Of a stretch of 64,000 nt of DNA, positions 13,534-25,962 are shown in pieces. Under the pieces are notes generated by a model. The model made no database searches. It worked only from the letters and a program-made list of their open reading frames with translations, and was not told where the DNA came from. A program made the translations under genes and the position numbers. This DNA comes from Podarcis bocagei (Eukaryota), in the NCBI GenBank assembly GCA_964188305.1, contig OZ076886.1; one strand, written 5' to 3'. Each line of letters begins with the position of its first letter. Position 1 is the first letter of the stretch.

Positions 13534-14489
13534 CAGTGGTACCTCGCAAGACGAAATTAATTCGTTCCGCAAGTCTCTTCGTCTTGCGAGTTTTTCGTCT
13601 TGCGATGCACGGTTTCCCATAGGAATGCATTGAAAATCAATTAATGCGTTCCTAGGGAAACCGCCTTCAGACCAGGTCCGGGAACAGTCTGTCCCCGGAC
13701 CTCTTCTGAAGGCTGGGGGGGGGGACAAGGGCTTTTCTTCCCACCCCCAGCATTAAAAAAAACCCCGGGACAGCGGAGGACTTCTCCGCTGTCCGGGCGA
13801 TCTTAAAATGCTGGCGGGCGGCATTTTAAAATCGCCCCGGGGCAGCGGAGGACTTCTCCGCTGTCCGGGGCAATGTAAAAGCCCCTGGGAAGGCAGGCAG
13901 GAGGGACAAAGACTTTCGCCCCCCGCCCGCCTTCAGAAGGTGTTCCCGCCCCCCCGCCCCGCTTCGGAGCAGCGTTCCGAAGCGGGGCGGCGGGGGCAGG
14001 TGTTCCCGCCCCCCCCGCCCGGCTTCGGAGCAGCGTTCCGAAGCGGGGCGGCGGGGGGCAGGTGTTCCCGCCCCCCCGCCCGGCTTCGGAGCAGCGTTCC
14101 GAAGCGGGGCGGCGGGGGCAGGTGTTCCCGTCCCCCCGCCCCGCTTCGGAGCAGCGTTCCGAAGCGGGGCGGCGGGGGCAGGTGTTCCCGCCCCCCCCGC
14201 CCGGCTTCGGAGCAGCGTTCCGAAGCGGGGCGGCGGGGGCAGGTGTTCCCGCCCCCCCGCCCCGCTTCGGAGCAGCGTTCCGAAGCGGGGCGGCGGGGGC
14301 AGGAGGTCCGAGGACAGTGGGGAAGACGCGCTGCGCTTCCCCGCTGTCCCGGATATTTCCCTATGGGCTGTCGTCTTGCGAAGCAAGCCCATAGGGAAAT
14401 TCGTCTTGCGAAGTGCCTCCAAAACGGAAAACCCTTTCGTCTAGCGGGTTTTCCGTCTTGCGAGGCGTTCGTCTTGCGAGGTACCACTG
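13534..14489. mobile_element. Tc1/mariner (pogo/Tigger-like) MITE, 956 bp, with internal minisatellite
   Basis: Perfect 22-bp TIR CAGTGGTACCTCGCAAGACGAA, TA duplication on both sides, repeated subterminal TCGTCTTGCGA motifs. Confidence 0.92.
13938..14300. repeat. GC-rich minisatellite, 6 units of 60-62 bp
   Basis: Units start at 13938, 13998, 14060, 14120, 14180, 14241; consensus aggtgttcccgcccccccgccccgcttcggagcagcgttccgaagcggggcggcgggggc. Confidence 0.97.
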
Positions 14490-16329
14490 TACAGCACTAC
14501 TTTTTCTCCCTATTTTAATGAGTAATGTGTATTGAGCAATAGCAAAGTTTTGCTGTTTGATATAGTTTTAACACAGGGAATAGGATCTGGCCAGTTAAGT
14601 GTGCTCTCAATTCGCTGCTCAGTATGACAGAAAAAGATGCCCATTTCAAAAAGTGCTGACTTTGACACAAATGAAAAATTGGGAGCGCTCCAGGTTATTC
14701 TTCCTTTTAGCTGTGGCTTGAAGTTTAAAGCTGTGGCTTAAAGTTTCCATTCCTGGCATGATGCCAGGCTCAGGAAAAGTGGTAGTGGTTTGCCCAAAAT
14801 GGCCCCATGGACCAGCCTCTGTCGGGTGTCATTAGGCCCACAGCCTATAGGTTCCCGACCACTCAATTAACATAAACTCTTAAACGTAGACACATCAAAA
14901 ACAAACAAAACAAAGGATTGTGAGAAATCAAGACAGTATAGCTATTTAAATGTCATGGGTCAGGGTGCAATTCTTAGTTCTACAGAGTCTATTTTACAGA
15001 GTTAATTCTGTCTCGGCCTGCAGAGATAAGCACATGCATCTCTAGAAACTATATGTCAAAATGAGGGAAAGCCTTCTTATCAAAGCGACAAATTCTTTTG
15101 CAGTGCAGTGAAAACACAGTCCCTCGTTCATAATGAAGGATCTCTCTTTAGAATATTTTGAAGTTGGAATGAACAGTGAGTGGGCAGTTACTGAGGGTGT
15201 AATTGCTCAGGGTGACTTGGAAAACGGAAACTATTAGCATGGTGACCAACCAAAGATCTCACGGGAAGATGCAGTAAAGGAGAATAAATAATTGTGGTCA
15301 ATGTAGAATCTGTCCTGTTCTCATTGAGAGACCAACGCATAGGGCAAGGCTAGTCGGTTGTTACAGCACCAAGGACAGCTCTTAGTGAGCAACTTCCTAC
15401 AACATGGGTTGCATTGAACTGAGCTCTTTTGTGGCTCTGCCTCCAGTCCACCTCTCCTAGGCTTTGTCCCCTTGTGGAAGACTAGGGCCAGCCTTTCGGT
15501 CAAAAGGTAGGCAGTTCTGTGTATCATAACTTTCTGTCTGCTGTGCTCCTAGCAGCACTCAACTGGCAAGGTACGGTATGGGGGGGCACTTGCTCCTCAA
15601 ACCTAGGTGAAAGTGCTCATGAGGGTCCTAGCTCCAGTTCTGTGGGCTCTGGTGCTGTGAGAGTTGGATTAGTGGATTCCTGCCTGCCAACCTGAGGTTC
15701 AGTGGTCCCTCAATCATCAACATAGTGCTCAGAGCCAGGAACCCAATTTGACTCCGTAGCTTGATAATACTGTAGCCTCAGAATTGGTGTCTCAGTCACT
15801 GCTAAACTCCATGACCCAGACTCTGGAGGAATTTGAGGCAGGGGAAATTATCTGGATTTGCAAGGGTGTACCTTTTTTCCTTAGTGAATTAAATATATCT
15901 GTTTATGAATATATATATTCAGAATATATATTCTATTTCTCTATGGCTATGAAATGAATACGCAAAACAGACTATTCCCCACCCCACCCCTCTGTTTGCA
16001 GATGAGAATGGGAAGCTACTAGGTTCTGTCACTGAGACGTCTGATGATTGTTCTTGCATTCATCTGCAGTATTTCAGCTTTTCTCTCAAAAAGGCTTAAG
16101 GGCTTTCTAGGCAGTCACTTTTCAATGCAGATACATGCATAGTTACCCACTGGTTTGTGCAGAGTTTAAAAGGGTTCCTTCAGGTTGCTTCAGTTGCAGC
16201 AGTATCTAAATTTCCCTGCAGTGGATGCATTGTGGTTTTCATACCTGAATATCATGTTCTTCCCCCAGAGAATATATTCATCACTTTTGTGTGATTGCTG
16301 TGGATAATGTAGCTATACCAAAGTCAGTA

Positions 16330-16525
16330 CAGTCATACCTCGGGTTACAGACACTTTGGGTTGCGTGTTTTCGGGTTGCAGACCGCGCTGAACCCAGAAG
16401 TACTAAACCGCGCTTTGCGCATGCACAGAAGCGCCGAATCACGACCCACGCAAACACAGACACGGCGCTGCGGGTTGCAAACGTTCCTCCCGCACAGATC
16501 ACGTTCGCAACCCAAGCATCCACTG
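16330..16525. mobile_element. Tc1/mariner-type MITE with imperfect TIRs
   Basis: TA|CAGTCATACCTCGGGTT ... AACCCAAGCATCCACTG|TA; CpG-rich relative to flanks. Confidence 0.75.
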
Positions 16526-16554
16526 TAAAAATGTTGCTGTAAAGGCAGAGACTG

Positions 16555-17225
16555 TTCTTGAGAGAATGTATGGACTGCGTGATCAGACCAAAGGCCCGTG
16601 TGGTCCAGCATTCTGTTCCCACAGTGACTAACTGCGTGGTTACAGGAAGCCTGCAAACAGGACATTGGAATGCAACAGCACTCTCCCCAGCAACTGGTAT
16701 TCTGCCAGATTATAATTCTGCTTCAGACATTGGAGGTAACCACCGTGGCTGGTGGCCATTGATAACCCCCACCTCCATGCATTGTGTAATCCTCTTTTAA
16801 AGTCATCCAAGTCATGGGCGTAGCCAAGGGGGAGGGCAGCTGCCTCCCCAATAAATAAAAATAAATAAAAATACATAGCTAACTGAGGATCTCCCCCCCC
16901 AACAAATGGCCTACCCCCCCCCCCTCAAATCCTGGCTATGCCCATGATCCAAGTTGATATCCATCACTAACTCTTACGGGAATTAATTCTATAGTTCAAC
17001 TATGTGCTTTGTGAAGAAATGCTTCATTTAGTCCATCCTGAGGCTTCTAAAATTCTGCTTCATTGGCTGGTCGTCGGTTCTAATATTATGAGAGAGGTTT
17101 TAATATTTTCTACCTTTCCCCCAAATGCATAATTTTATACACCTCAATCATCTCCCCTCCTTACTCGTCTTTCCCTGAAATGTTGTAACATTGCTCCAAA
17201 CCTTTGATCATTTTGGGTGCCCTTT
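16555..17225 (-). mobile_element. Old CR1-like LINE 3' fragment, interrupted by a hAT MITE
   Basis: Degenerate motifs (cagaccaaaggccc, gtggccattgata, taatcctcttttaaag.catccaag, cataattttatacacctc) shared with similar relics at ~22670-22980 and ~48700-49210. Boundaries approximate. Confidence 0.6.
16813..16946. mobile_element. hAT-type MITE, 134 bp
   Basis: TIR CATGGGCGTAGCCA / TGGCTATGCCCATG; perfect 8-bp TSD ATCCAAGT at 16805-16812 and 16947-16954. Confidence 0.9.
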
Positions 17226-17317
17226 TTTGAAGAGAGATAGCTCCACTACTTTTTTTTTTCTCCTTTGAGGTTCTGTATGATTACTAAAACTGATATTGCT
17301 CTCATTCTTGTTTGTAG

Positions 17318-17608
17318 GTTCTTTGTGCATCTACTGTGCAGTTTCAGAAGATCCTGGTACTGAAGGACTGACTTCAACCTCCTTCGTGGATTTCTCAGCA
17401 ATGTCTCACTTAGAGTCTCTAGATACCAGCAAACAGCCAAACTTGGAGGTGTCAGAACCAGACCTTGTCCCCAATGCCCTGCTAGCCTCACCTGGTTCGG
17501 GCTTTTCCAGCGAGGAGAATGAAGATTCCAAGATCCTTCAGTCCCAGTATATTTGGGATGATGGTGGAGACATAAATGATTCCAGCTTGTATGTGGGACA
17601 GTCATCAG
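17318..17608 (+). CDS. PODXL2: PODXL2 (endoglycan) coding exon 2: end of signal peptide and acidic N-terminal domain
   Basis: Acceptor tttgtag|, donor |gtagtc, phase 1/1, 291 nt. Translates ...EDPGTEGLTSTS...PGSGFSSEENEDSKILQSQYIWDD...NDSSL, matching recalled human EPGPEGLTSTS...PGSGFPSEENEESRILQPPQYFWEE...NDSSL. Confidence 0.93.
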
Positions 17609-19581
17609 GTAGTCTGTTTTATCCCTCCCCCCCCCTTTGTATGTTGTTGGGAAGACCTCTGTTCTCTCAAATTGATGTGATTTGGGCTGAAGAAAGATGG
17701 GATTCATTTTAACTTCATATCTGTTTCCATTGAGTTGTGTGTGCAAAGCTTAAGAGTCCCATGAGATGGAATCCTCTCATGGGTGCTTCCAGGCAGGCAT
17801 ATTCCAGGACTTTCTAATAATTGCTCTTCCACTGTTAGCTACAAGGAGAATTTCCATTGATTTTCCACACTTTGGGAGGTATAGAGGTGTGGGTGTAAGT
17901 ATCATGCTATAATACAGATCTGAAGCTCAGAAATGGCTGAAATGGTGGCAGCAAAGTGTTTCCAAAATCACTTTTACAATTATTGCATTAATGGTTAGTG
18001 CTAATAAATAATAAAAATCACAAATTTTAAAATATTGATAAAATGGTGCTAACCGGAAAGGAACTAGAGAAGGAGCACCCAAGTATCAGTAGATTTGCTG
18101 CCAAAGGTATTATTGCATGTGTTAAAACTATGCCTCTTGGAAAAGACTGAAGATTAGCAATCAGCCGTGGATATTGTGCTCCTGTTCCATTCTTTACCAG
18201 AAGGTTTTCTGTGGTAAAAAAAGAGAGAGAGAGAGATAGAAGTAGCATATGGAAGACACAGGTGAACAACAATTTGGCAACGACACTATGTAAATGAAGA
18301 GTGAATTGTGGCCATTCTACAGGAAGCCTCCATGGTGGGGAAACATGTAGGTTGAGTTGGGTAGGTTTGGGATGAGGGAACAGATGCCTCCTTGGGATTA
18401 GAAGGTTGTGGGAAGAGTAGAACTGATGAGGCTCCTGATCATTGCCATGCAAGCTGGATAGTTCAGGGGGACCTGTGGGACTGCTTCTGAACAGGAGTTT
18501 CTTGTTAAATAAGCACTGCAGGTCTGCCACCAATATTATGTACGAGTATAACACCGTAGTGATATAACTAATGCATGGAAGCTGCTGCTGCGTTAGGACT
18601 TGGCAGAAATAGTTGCTAAAATCTTAATCCTCCTGTCTCCACTCCCAGTGTTTTATAGAAATATTGCCTTTCCTCGAAGCCTCATTTTTCAAAAGATATC
18701 CTTTGCCAAAAAACCCCCCCACAACCCACCATTTTAAGAGTGTGCTTTTGATATGCCTGCTGAGTGAGATATGAGGTGAAAAAGGGTGTGAGCGTATTTG
18801 GTTTTTCTGCAAAGCTCATGAGATTATCTTGTGCAATCTTGACCTGGTTTTCAGGCATTGCTTTTTAAGTACAATGCAAGAAGTTGACCTTCATCCTTTA
18901 TTGTCACCCCTACTGCCTTCTGTGCTTTCATTTTCCTCTCAGTGGATACCAGCCTAGTTTGAGTTTCGTCTGTTAGTAGAACACTATATCCTTTCAAGTT
19001 GTCTCTTTCTATAGACACCTGCCTGTAAGAGCATTTATCAAGCATTTATCAAGATGTTTGTTATCTCCCCTGTGTTTTAATTTAGTATTACATATTTACT
19101 AATGGGATAGAAAGGTTTCCTGTCACGATATTTAGACAGTGCTGGTGTTGGAGCTTTGGGCAGTTTAATTGTGATTCTTCTTATGTGCAACGCCACAAAA
19201 AGCTCCCCTGTTCTGGTGTTCCATGCAACTGTCATAGTATTTTGACAAGTTCTTGCCATGCATGCTAACCCAGTACCTGAAAAATATGCATATTACTAAA
19301 AATACATGTAGAAAACTGAATAGAACTTTATGTGCTTTGAATAGACTTGGACTGCTTAGGTACATGCTTTCCATTTCCACTTGTACATAAATACTTGCAC
19401 AATTGTGCTCCATTTTGGGCATTATTTCCTACCTATACCCATTTTATTTTCTAACTGTGAAGCATTTGTTACGGGCTGCATTCTTCCAAATGCCTATACA
19501 TCCACACACACCTGGATGCTTCAGATATCACATATCCAGTCCCAACATGCTTATTTCACAGTTTCCCTTATATGATCACTT

Positions 19582-19583
<2 letters not shown>

Positions 19584-19617
<34 letters not shown>
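19584..19617. repeat. (CA)n microsatellite
   Basis: Directly visible; a shorter one at ~12722-12741. Confidence 0.95.
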
Positions 19618-19619
<2 letters not shown>

Positions 19620-22600
19620 GTTATTCTTTTATCAGGAAGCCCCTAAACCAAACCAACCGGTCAAACAAACTGTGATTTATAGCCCAAGTCTGGAGGGCTC
19701 ACACAAACTATGGGAGGATCAAATGTTCATTAAACTGGTCCCGTGAGGAGTGTGAGGGGAGCATGTTAGCAAAGGTCTTGCTCTTGATCCTCTACTGTAC
19801 AGTCTACACCATGATTTGGAGGACTGGAAACATGGCCCCTAAACCAACTCAGTGTCTTTATGGCATTTAATTTACTTAGTTTGTACAACATATTGAATTA
19901 TTCAACAGGTTGAGTGCTGATTTCTGTTTAAAAATTAATTAGAAACCCTGCTGCTTATTATCTTGCAATGAATTATGATAAGTGGTTCTAAATCAGAAAT
20001 TTGTAACAATGACTTCCATAAGCAGAGCAAGACAGGTTTTTAAGCACCGCCTATATGCCAGTGTTGTAGCAATAAATTGGTGTTTTTCCAACACACCGCA
20101 TGACAGTTCTTTTAGGAAGTACTAAACAAAAAATGATTGTTGTCCCCCCCTCCCCCCACATGACCTAAGGATATGAGGGCACAGAGCAACACTTCTCCCA
20201 GCAAAACCACCCCTGCAGTGCCACTAGTCATGAACTAAAATTGGTGGGAGAGGCTTGTGTTTCAAAGGGCTCTTCCAGAATGCTATTGAAAATTGTCATT
20301 TTCCAATTTTTGTTCGTTGTAGCCCTCCATGGCTCTTAGCGCATACATAGACAGAGGAATAGCACATTGTGTGTTTTGAAAGGAAGAGTGTCTCACAACA
20401 GCCCCCACTCAGTGAATAAAGGAAAATCCAGCCTGTGTTGCTTACTGACTAACTAAACTAACAAACGCAGTTTCAGGCACTTCTACTCAGCAGTAAACCC
20501 AGTTGGGTGCAAAGGGACTTCTCAGGTAAATGTGTTTCTTCCTGCCTGTACCCCTCACTCTGGGTCACCTCTTCCTCATAAGTAAGCCCCACTGAGTGTA
20601 AGGGGGTTTCCTCCCAGGTTAATCCACCCAGAAAGAAGAGAAAGGAGGGAAATGTTCACCCAGAAAGGAACAGCAGCAACAATGAAAAAGAAATGAAGCA
20701 AGGAGGGGTGAGGTTTGGTGGGTGAGGTTTGGGGAGCAGCACAGAAGAGGAGCTAAGAGACAGAGGGAAATGGCATAGTCCCCAAACTATGATATGGCAA
20801 ATGCATGTTGCATGGCACAGTGGCATGTAATCATTTTAGAAAACCTTTCTATGTTACTACTGGTTAGGAAAAAGCAGGTTTTAGCTCCAGGAAAAAAAAA
20901 TTGAAATGTCACCCAGGCAATGGAAATGTCATGTGGTTCATACCTCAAAAATGCAGGAACAGGAAATCTACAAGATGAATTTGGAGACTGTGCTGATAAG
21001 CCATTGGTTGCTAATTGCAGCCACTTTCTCTGCTTGGTTCCAGATATATTAAAGGAACATTGAAATCGACTGTGGGTGAATCTACACTGGTCGGTTATAA
21101 TGTTAAAAATGCATTATAAAAATGTGACACCAGAGGCCGCCACAGAGCAGTGATCTGTCGGCCATGGGAAATTGCATTGAGAGCTATATATCATGGTTTT
21201 TAAAATAGCCTTTAATAGCATTTTTACAGATCTGTGTAGATCCAGCCTAGATCACATTCTACATAGCCACTGGTCTAATCAATGTCATTCCCAAAGGGAA
21301 ATGCTGAACTTGCTCTTTATAAAAGGTTATCTGAATGTATACATGGGCATGTGCTCTGAGCAGAAGGAAAAGCGTATTACTTCTCATGAGCACTATCCAA
21401 TAGGTGCCTTCAGCAACACTCCTTCCCTTGAGCTTGTACTGAAAGCATCTGGTTTCTGTGCACAGACTGACAACAAATTTACATCTTTTAATCTCATCTT
21501 TAGCCAAGCATTAATGAAATTAAGTGTCTTGTAAAGACAACACCTAAGAGGCTTAGTGCTGAGCAGCACTCTGCCTGGGAACCACTGGTGTGTGTCCGTA
21601 GTTTCTTTTGTGCCCTGGGTTTAAATGGACAATGGCATTTTAAATTGATCATTCTTATGCTGGGTTCTTTCTCCCTATGCCAGCATGGTCCAATTTAAAG
21701 GTTAAAGTTCATTGATGACCAAAAATTGCAGTTGCTGATGGAACACTTGTTTCATTACATAGATGCTTCTTCCAGAGGTCCTGCTAAATGAGAGGTGGGT
21801 AATCTCACTCATTGCTATTACAGATCCCATAACACAAGATTAGAGTGTGAGCACTAGCTTTCTGGCCAAATTCCAACTTTGATAATTGCTTTCTGTTTCC
21901 TCAATATCATCTACTCACCTGTCTTCAAGGCCTCTTTACACGTGGCATTTTTCCTACATAGGAATCTGTGAAGAACGGAACACAAACTGTTGTTTGCGTT
22001 AATAATTGTGAAGGACAGCACAAGCAGCATTATTCTATGAGCAGATGTGTCAAGAATTAAGCATGCCTTCCTGGATTGTGTGCTTACCACAAAATGAATA
22101 TTTCTGATGTACTTTACAGGTGTCAGTATACATTCTGCCCCCACACCATCACCACATGGAGATAGTTTGTGTGTCAGCAGTGTCATGTATGAAATGGCTC
22201 TCATTCCTCCTCCATTTGTGTAGTATAAATGACATCGGTACTTATTTGATCCTATAATCAGATAAGTGTTAAGAAGTAAGCATACTGACTTTAGAATTGT
22301 TTTATGAAGTTGATGGACCATTTTGGAAGCTGGTTGTAATAGAAATGAATGTTCCCTTGATGGAAAAGCAAGAGAAACCCCCTTTTTTTTTTAATAAGAT
22401 GGCTTCTACTTAGCAGTAATTCAATTGCTAGTTAATATAATTTCCCTCTGTTTAATCAGATAAATCTGTTACAGCCAGATTGCATCTCTTAAAAGTAAGA
22501 CAGTGGGCCCTCCCTTTTCCAAGTATGGCTTGGTTGTTGTTGTTGTTGTTGTTGGTTTGTTTTAAACTTACCCACAAATATACATGGGTGGTTAGGAAAA

Positions 22601-24441
22601 AATAATTATTAGATTAGCACTACCATGTGGGCAGTCTTTGTATCGACTGCAGACAAAATAGGTGGAGCTTGAACATAGGAGAACTGCTGCATCAGACCAA
22701 AGGTTTTTAAGTTAAGTATTCTTTTCCCATAGTGTCAAACCCAGAAGCAGAACATTAAGGCACCAACCCACTCCTGTTGTTGCTCACCATCAGTATGCCT
22801 CTGAACCTAAAGATTGCAATAGTCATTGTGACTCATAGCCGTGAATAGCCTATCCTCCATGACTTTGTCTAATCCCTTTTTAAAGCCATCTAAGCTAGGA
22901 CTATCATTATGTGTTTGCGCAGTGACTTCCATAAATTAATGATGCACTGTGTGGAAAAAAAGTGCTTCCTTTGTCCTAATTCTCATGCTGGGCAAGGAGA
23001 TTACCAGCATGAATCACTTCCACACTTCAATTTATGACCAGTTGTTTGCATTTTTACCAGATTCTGAACACCTTTTAGCTCCTGTATGGAACAGACTTTA
23101 CACTGAAGTGTTTCTTGGTGGGTTCCAGGTGGTTGCTTGGTTGCCATAATATATGTATGGCTGGCTTTTCCCTTTTTTAGAAATAAACTCTTGGCTTTAG
23201 TGGTATTAGATTGGGATACTGTTTTGTGCCTCTTATATTTAAACTATTAAGGAAGATTAGGAAGCAAGAAATGGCTGGTCGTACCTTGTGAATTTTCCTC
23301 TTATGATCTAATTGATCTAATAACTGGTAGCCTGTTTTGCCCTTTATGCATTTGTTTTAGTATCTCCATTCACTCAAAGATAAAATGTATTACGAGTTGC
23401 AAAAAGGAACACAAGCAAAGTCTCCTTTCACCTACCCTTTAAATCATTGTCTTTGCATTACCTTAGGCAGGGCTTTCCTTCCCACTGGGGACAGGATATG
23501 CTTTGGTTTTTTCCAGCAAGCTATCCAATGTCCATCCTGAGGACCTTAAAACAGAGTACATCATTTCCTTAGGGAGAGCATATAATATTCAGTTCATGAT
23601 CTGTGGCTCAGACTTAGGATAGTTACTTCATGAATCGCATCTGTGCTCTGGCCAGCACCGTTTGGATTAAGATTTTCATCTGAGGTTAGTAGGCCATCTG
23701 AATGAAGACTGGCAGGGGCAGCCTTGGATAAAGCAGCAGGCTTGTGTGTGTGCCCGCCAGCTCAGAGGACTAAACTAACATGCTGGGCCGGTGAGCTGTG
23801 TAGCTCGTTGAGGGGAAAAAGGAAGTATGGCATGTGAACAGCACTGAAGTGAAGACAGTAGCTTGCACTAAACGAGATGTTGAAACACCCCAAAGGTAGG
23901 TTGTGTTTACATGACACATTTTGATTCTGGTGCAAATGGAGCTGCTTTTAAGGCAAAATATGATACTAAAGCTGGTTTAGAGTTTGCAAATAGAACAGCA
24001 GAGATACAGCATATTAACATAGTCTAGAGAGATCAAATGACCACAAATAGGAGCCAACAGAATAGAAACCATTCTCTTCTAAGGTATCTAAAGCTGCATT
24101 CACAATAAACACAAGTCAGCAGCATTTGTATTATGATGTTGTCGTTACATGTCTTTTTATCCAGGGAGGTGGTATTCACTGCCACACAACAACACCCCAG
24201 AATTATGGGATATGAATTGGACATCATGGCAGCAGTCCAGCAACATGTGCACTTAAGCCCAGGTCAGATACTTAGTGATAGTGCTGATCAGCTGTTGTTG
24301 GGGAAACTAAATCAAGCCCCCTGCTGCCCTTTGAGCAGCTGTTTGGCTGCATTACTTCTTCTTTTTTCTTATTCACTTGGGCTATGTGCATTCAACTTGA
24401 TTGGGGGAGAAACCCTTCCCTCCTAAAATTCCATAAAATTG

Positions 24442-24599
24442 NNNNNNNNNNNNNNNNNNNNNNNNNNNNNNNNNNNNNNNNNNNNNNNNNNNNNNNNNNN
24501 NNNNNNNNNNNNNNNNNNNNNNNNNNNNNNNNNNNNNNNNNNNNNNNNNNNNNNNNNNNNNNNNNNNNNNNNNNNNNNNNNNNNNNNNNNNNNNNNNNN
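24442..24599. other. Assembly gap (158 N)
   Basis: Run of N in PODXL2 intron 2. Confidence 1.
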
Positions 24600-25330
24600 T
24601 GTCAGAGTTCCTTCGCCATGAGTATGTAGTGCCATCTGAGATTCTCTGTATCTTCTGTGTGAACTTATAGTATATCAACATTGGCTGTGCATCAGGGATT
24701 AGGTACGTTGATTAAATGCAACCCACCCCCCTTACTCATCACCCTTTCACAATGGACTTGCTTCTTCTATGTGTGCAATTGGGGGAAGGAGCCAATGTGG
24801 GCACTGCAAGGGGTTGCCTGGCTGGAGCTAGTCATGGGTGACAAGGCTTTGGATGGATGCTGGGGTGAAAAACTTCTTCTTTTGCCCACTGGTTGACAGG
24901 AACTTTACTCTTTGCAAAACTTGCTGGTCATGTAGTGAGGTTTTCACCCTCATCGTAGAGCTATGTAAGTTGAGTATAAGCTTTTGCCATAACTTTATTT
25001 GTTGGAAAGGCAGGTGACTTGGGCAGGTTCTGTAGTCAAATGGAGGAACCACATAGGGGATCTTAGGTTGGGTTTCTCCAAAGACTCAGCTCAAGCTCAT
25101 GGGACTGAGTGAGGGTTATCATTATGCACACAGGTAGTGGGCAAGGGGCCTGTGCCAGGGTGGGTCCCTGGTGCCTATATAACTCTCTTCTGATTCCCCC
25201 AGCCTCTGGGCTGGGGAGGGATGCATCATCCAGCAGTTGGGCTGTCCAAAAACTGGATACTTGACCTAAGCTATACCACCTGGATTATTACCATAATCAA
25301 TAAAAGTTGTGTCCAGTGTGCAATTAAACT
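24600..25330 (+). mobile_element. Possible degenerate LTR
   Basis: Starts TGTCA at the gap edge; TATATAA at 25176-25182 followed by AATAAA at 25299-25304. No 3' CA or TSD could be confirmed. Confidence 0.35.
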
Positions 25331-25962
25331 GACTATGGAATATTTATTTCACTGTAGGGTGAAGGTTAGTAATAAATGAATAAAACAAAACAAAATAATC
25401 AATGTCTATATTTAGAAACTCAGCCTGTTGAGCGTGAATGATTGGCAATGAATCATTTTTAAGGGTTGGTGACCAATGTACATTGTGCTTCATAAATGGA
25501 GTTTTTTTTTTCATACTCTGGAGAGTGTTTTGAACAAAGAAGAAAAATGTCAAGGGGAAAAGAATGAATATTTCTAATGCGGGTGAATGAAATTTGCATG
25601 TACCATCTACATGGGAATGTAAGATTTTAAGCATTGTGTAGCTTTGCTGGGAAAATGGGTTTTGACAAGCAATTTGAAGTAAACTGAGAGGATAAAGCTG
25701 CCTGGGGAAATTCAGCTTGAAGGAGCTGAGAGAGAAAATTGGTGAAGACTTTTGAGACAGAAGGAAAAATTCAGGTGAATAAGGATGGTAGATCAACTAG
25801 AATAATTGGTTGCTAACCAGACATCTATGCAGTGTCATATAAGGTAGATTATATGACACTACTAAGGTAGTGTCATATAAGGAAGATTTCAGGAGTGTGT
25901 TTCCTATTTCCCAGTCTTCCTGGATTGTTTGTTCATGAAACCTGTTCTCCTCCTCTCTTTAG

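Noticed and set aside
13938-14300. CRISPR-like palindromic repeat array
   Set aside because: Units are contiguous with no unique spacers, no cas genes, and the context is a eukaryotic transposon.
13760-14350. CpG island as the PODXL2 promoter / exon 1
   Set aside because: Entirely within TIR- and TA-bounded MITE; no Leu-rich signal-peptide exon with a phase-1 donor was found. Exon 1 is presumably upstream of the window.
13808-14518. Four long overlapping ORFs (110-236 aa) on both strands
   Set aside because: Produced by the stop-poor GC minisatellite inside a MITE; repetitive low-complexity peptides, no splice context or domain.
17609-17712. Read-through extensions of PODXL2 exon 2 (and of exon 3 at 26889-26924) as alternative C-termini
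   Set aside because: Both follow GT donors that give the correct phase and homology; no sequence evidence for intron retention.
24382-24681. ORFs spanning the N run
   Set aside because: Artefacts of the assembly gap.
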